NCBI GenBank assembly: GCA_964553605.1 | Contig: CAZKKR010000003.1 | Coordinates: forward strand, 1-45,629 | Direction: 5' to 3' | From: an uncultured Muribaculaceae bacterium | GTDB lineage: Bacteria > Bacillota_I > Bacilli_A > RF39 > UBA660 | Length of the DNA stretch: 45,629 nucleotides | Shown: positions 44,208 to 45,629 of the stretch, one piece after another | Layout of the letters: the number at the start of each line of letters is the position of its first letter | How positions within the stretch are numbered: the first letter of the stretch is position 1 | Notes under the pieces: model-generated | Databases searched by the model: none | Told to the model about the DNA's origin: nothing | Seen by the model: only the letters and a program-made list of their open reading frames with translations | Translations under genes and position numbers: made by a program

Positions 44208-45629
44208 TTTATAACCCTCACTACTTCTATTACACCATCAAGCATCTTTATATCATTCATGATTTTTAAAAGCTTTTCTTTATTGTTAACTAAAATTGTC
44301 ATTTTAATTATATCTTCATCTTTAACATGATTAGTACTAAATCGCTTAACAGGAATCTCTTGATTCGTAACTTTTGAAACAACATCAATAAGAACATTCC
44401 TAGAATTATTAACTCTAATCATAATTGTCGTTGGAAGTTTATCATAAACTTCATTCCATTTAACTTCTATTAATCTTTCATCCAAATCTGCAACATTTGG
44501 ACAGACCATTCGGTGAACTGTTATTCCATAACCCTTAGTAATATAACCGACAATTCTATCACCGGGAATTGGCTTACAACAAGAAGCTAAATTAACCTTA
44601 ATATCATCAGTTCCATCTATAGAAATTAAAGACTTATTATCCGAAACTTTATTACTTCCTTTAATAGCCTTTTCTAAAATAATAGCTTCTTTATTCTCTT
44701 CTTTTGGCAAATAAGAATTTATTACTGTATCAACCAAAAATCTGCCACTTCCTAAATTAAAATAAATTTCTTTCAAAGATCCTACCTTTAAATCAGTAAC
44801 TATCTTATTGATATTTTCATCATCGAAAAAATCACTTGAATTTATTTTTCGTTTTTTAAGCTCTTTAGAAAGGATTTCTTCACCTTTTTTTAAATACTCT
44901 TCCCTATTAGTCTGATTAAAAAAATTCCTTATTTTATTCTTGGCTTGCGTTGTTTGAACAAAATTAAGCCACTCCCTAGAAGGACCTTCTGAGTTATTAT
45001 TTGTAATAATTTTAACAACATCTTCATTTTCTAATTTATAATCCAAAGGAACTATATGTGAATTTACTAAAGCTCCTGTTGTCTTATTACCAACATCTGT
45101 ATGAACTTTATACGCAAAATCTATCGGTGTAGAGCCATTAGGAAGTTCAATAACATCTCCTAAAGGCGTAAATATATAAATCGTATTCTGTAAAACATCT
45201 TCTTTAACAGAATTAACAAATTCTTCTGCATTCTCTTCTGTGTTTTTCAAATCCATAATTGATCTAAAAAACTGTAACTTTTGTTCCATTTCATTTTGCA
45301 TAACTGTTTTAACAGAACCTTTTTCTTTATATGACCAGTGAGAAGCTATACCATATTCAGCTACCCTATCCATCTCAAAAGTTCTTATTTGAATCTCAAA
45401 AAGTAAACCATCAACACCAAAAACTGTTGTATGAAGAGACTGATACATATTCGTTTTGGGCATTGCAATATAATCCTTAAACCTTTTAGGTTTTGGTCTA
45501 TACTTAGAATGAATTATTCCTAAAGCTTGATAACATTCTTGCTCTGTTTCCACATAAATTCTAAGGGCAAGTAAATCATATATATCACTAAAACGTTTAC
45601 CTTTAGCTAATTTCTTATAAATACTATAA
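44204..45629 (-). CDS. relA: RelA/SpoT-family (p)ppGpp synthetase/hydrolase; only the C-terminal 475 codons or so are in the window
   Basis: The frame is open to the window edge (YSIYKKLAKGKRFSDIYDLLALRIYVETEQECYQALGIIHS...). Synthetase motifs KDYIAMPKTNMYQSLHTTV and EIQIRT, then TGS (IYIFTPLGDVIELPNGSTPIDFAY) and ACT-like C-terminal domains. Confidence 0.9.
   Translation of the reverse strand, partial: YSIYKKLAKGKRFSDIYDLLALRIYVETEQECYQALGIIHSKYRPKPKRFKDYIAMPKTNMYQSLHTTVFGVDGLLFEIQIRTFEMDRVAEYGIASHWSYKEKGSVKTVMQNEMEQKLQFFRSIMDLKNTEENAEEFVNSVKEDVLQNTIYIFTPLGDVIELPNGSTPIDFAYKVHTDVGNKTTGALVNSHIVPLDYKLENEDVVKIITNNNSEGPSREWLNFVQTTQAKNKIRNFFNQTNREEYLKKGEEILSKELKKRKINSSDFFDDENINKIVTDLKVGSLKEIYFNLGSGRFLVDTVINSYLPKEENKEAIILEKAIKGSNKVSDNKSLISIDGTDDIKVNLASCCKPIPGDRIVGYITKGYGITVHRMVCPNVADLDERLIEVKWNEVYDKLPTTIMIRVNNSRNVLIDVVSKVTNQEIPVKRFSTNHVKDEDIIKMTILVNNKEKLLKIMNDIKMLDGVIEVVRVIN

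Noticed and set aside
1-45629. Search for mobile elements, defence systems, toxin-antitoxin pairs, CRISPR, prophage or integrase genes, dif or oriC-like sites.
   Set aside because: No transposase, integrase or recombinase motifs, no long terminal inverted repeats and no DnaA-box clusters were seen. No match to the Firmicutes dif consensus was found. No gene pairs with defence-like domains (nucleases, STAND/AAA ATPases, TIR, SIR2, methyltransferases) were recognised. The window reads as core chromosome.

Overview
Low-GC Firmicutes chromosome segment (Clostridia/Erysipelotrichia-like; lineage is inferred only from gene content and AT-richness). Almost every gene is on the minus strand. Mostly housekeeping content:
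- a dTDP-rhamnose operon (rfbA-D-B-C) followed by polysaccharide glycosyltransferase and O-acyltransferase genes
- rubrerythrin
- a kinase-less PASTA membrane protein convergent with a very large GH73 autolysin
- a rhomboid-rluD-lspA-cvpA block, rnhC, tRNA-Gln, hisS
- a two-gene surface-protein operon (LPXTG repeat protein plus thioester-domain adhesin)
- murD, a hybrid histidine-kinase-like protein, an ANL acyl-CoA ligase, tRNA-Met, fhs, recD2, mtaB
- a sporulation block (spoIIGA-sigE ... sigG-ylmC), an AI-2E transporter, dtd and the 3' part of relA

I found no CRISPR array, transposase, integrase, phage module or recognisable defence system, and I cannot point to a convincing new multi-gene system.

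The most unusual signal is at the sequence level. Five genes carry single-site lesions at positions where family conservation shows what the ancestral codon was:
- TAG in the DUF4422 glycosyltransferase
- TAA in rubrerythrin
- TGA in the acyl-CoA ligase
- a homopolymer frameshift in spoIIGA
- a pair of frame breaks in an acyltransferase gene, which the supplied ORF track does not list at all

Secondary candidates are three extra genes inserted between sigE and sigG, a hybrid kinase whose phospho-accepting His is Gln, and the GC-richer adhesin operon. All product calls come from motif recognition by eye; no database search was possible.
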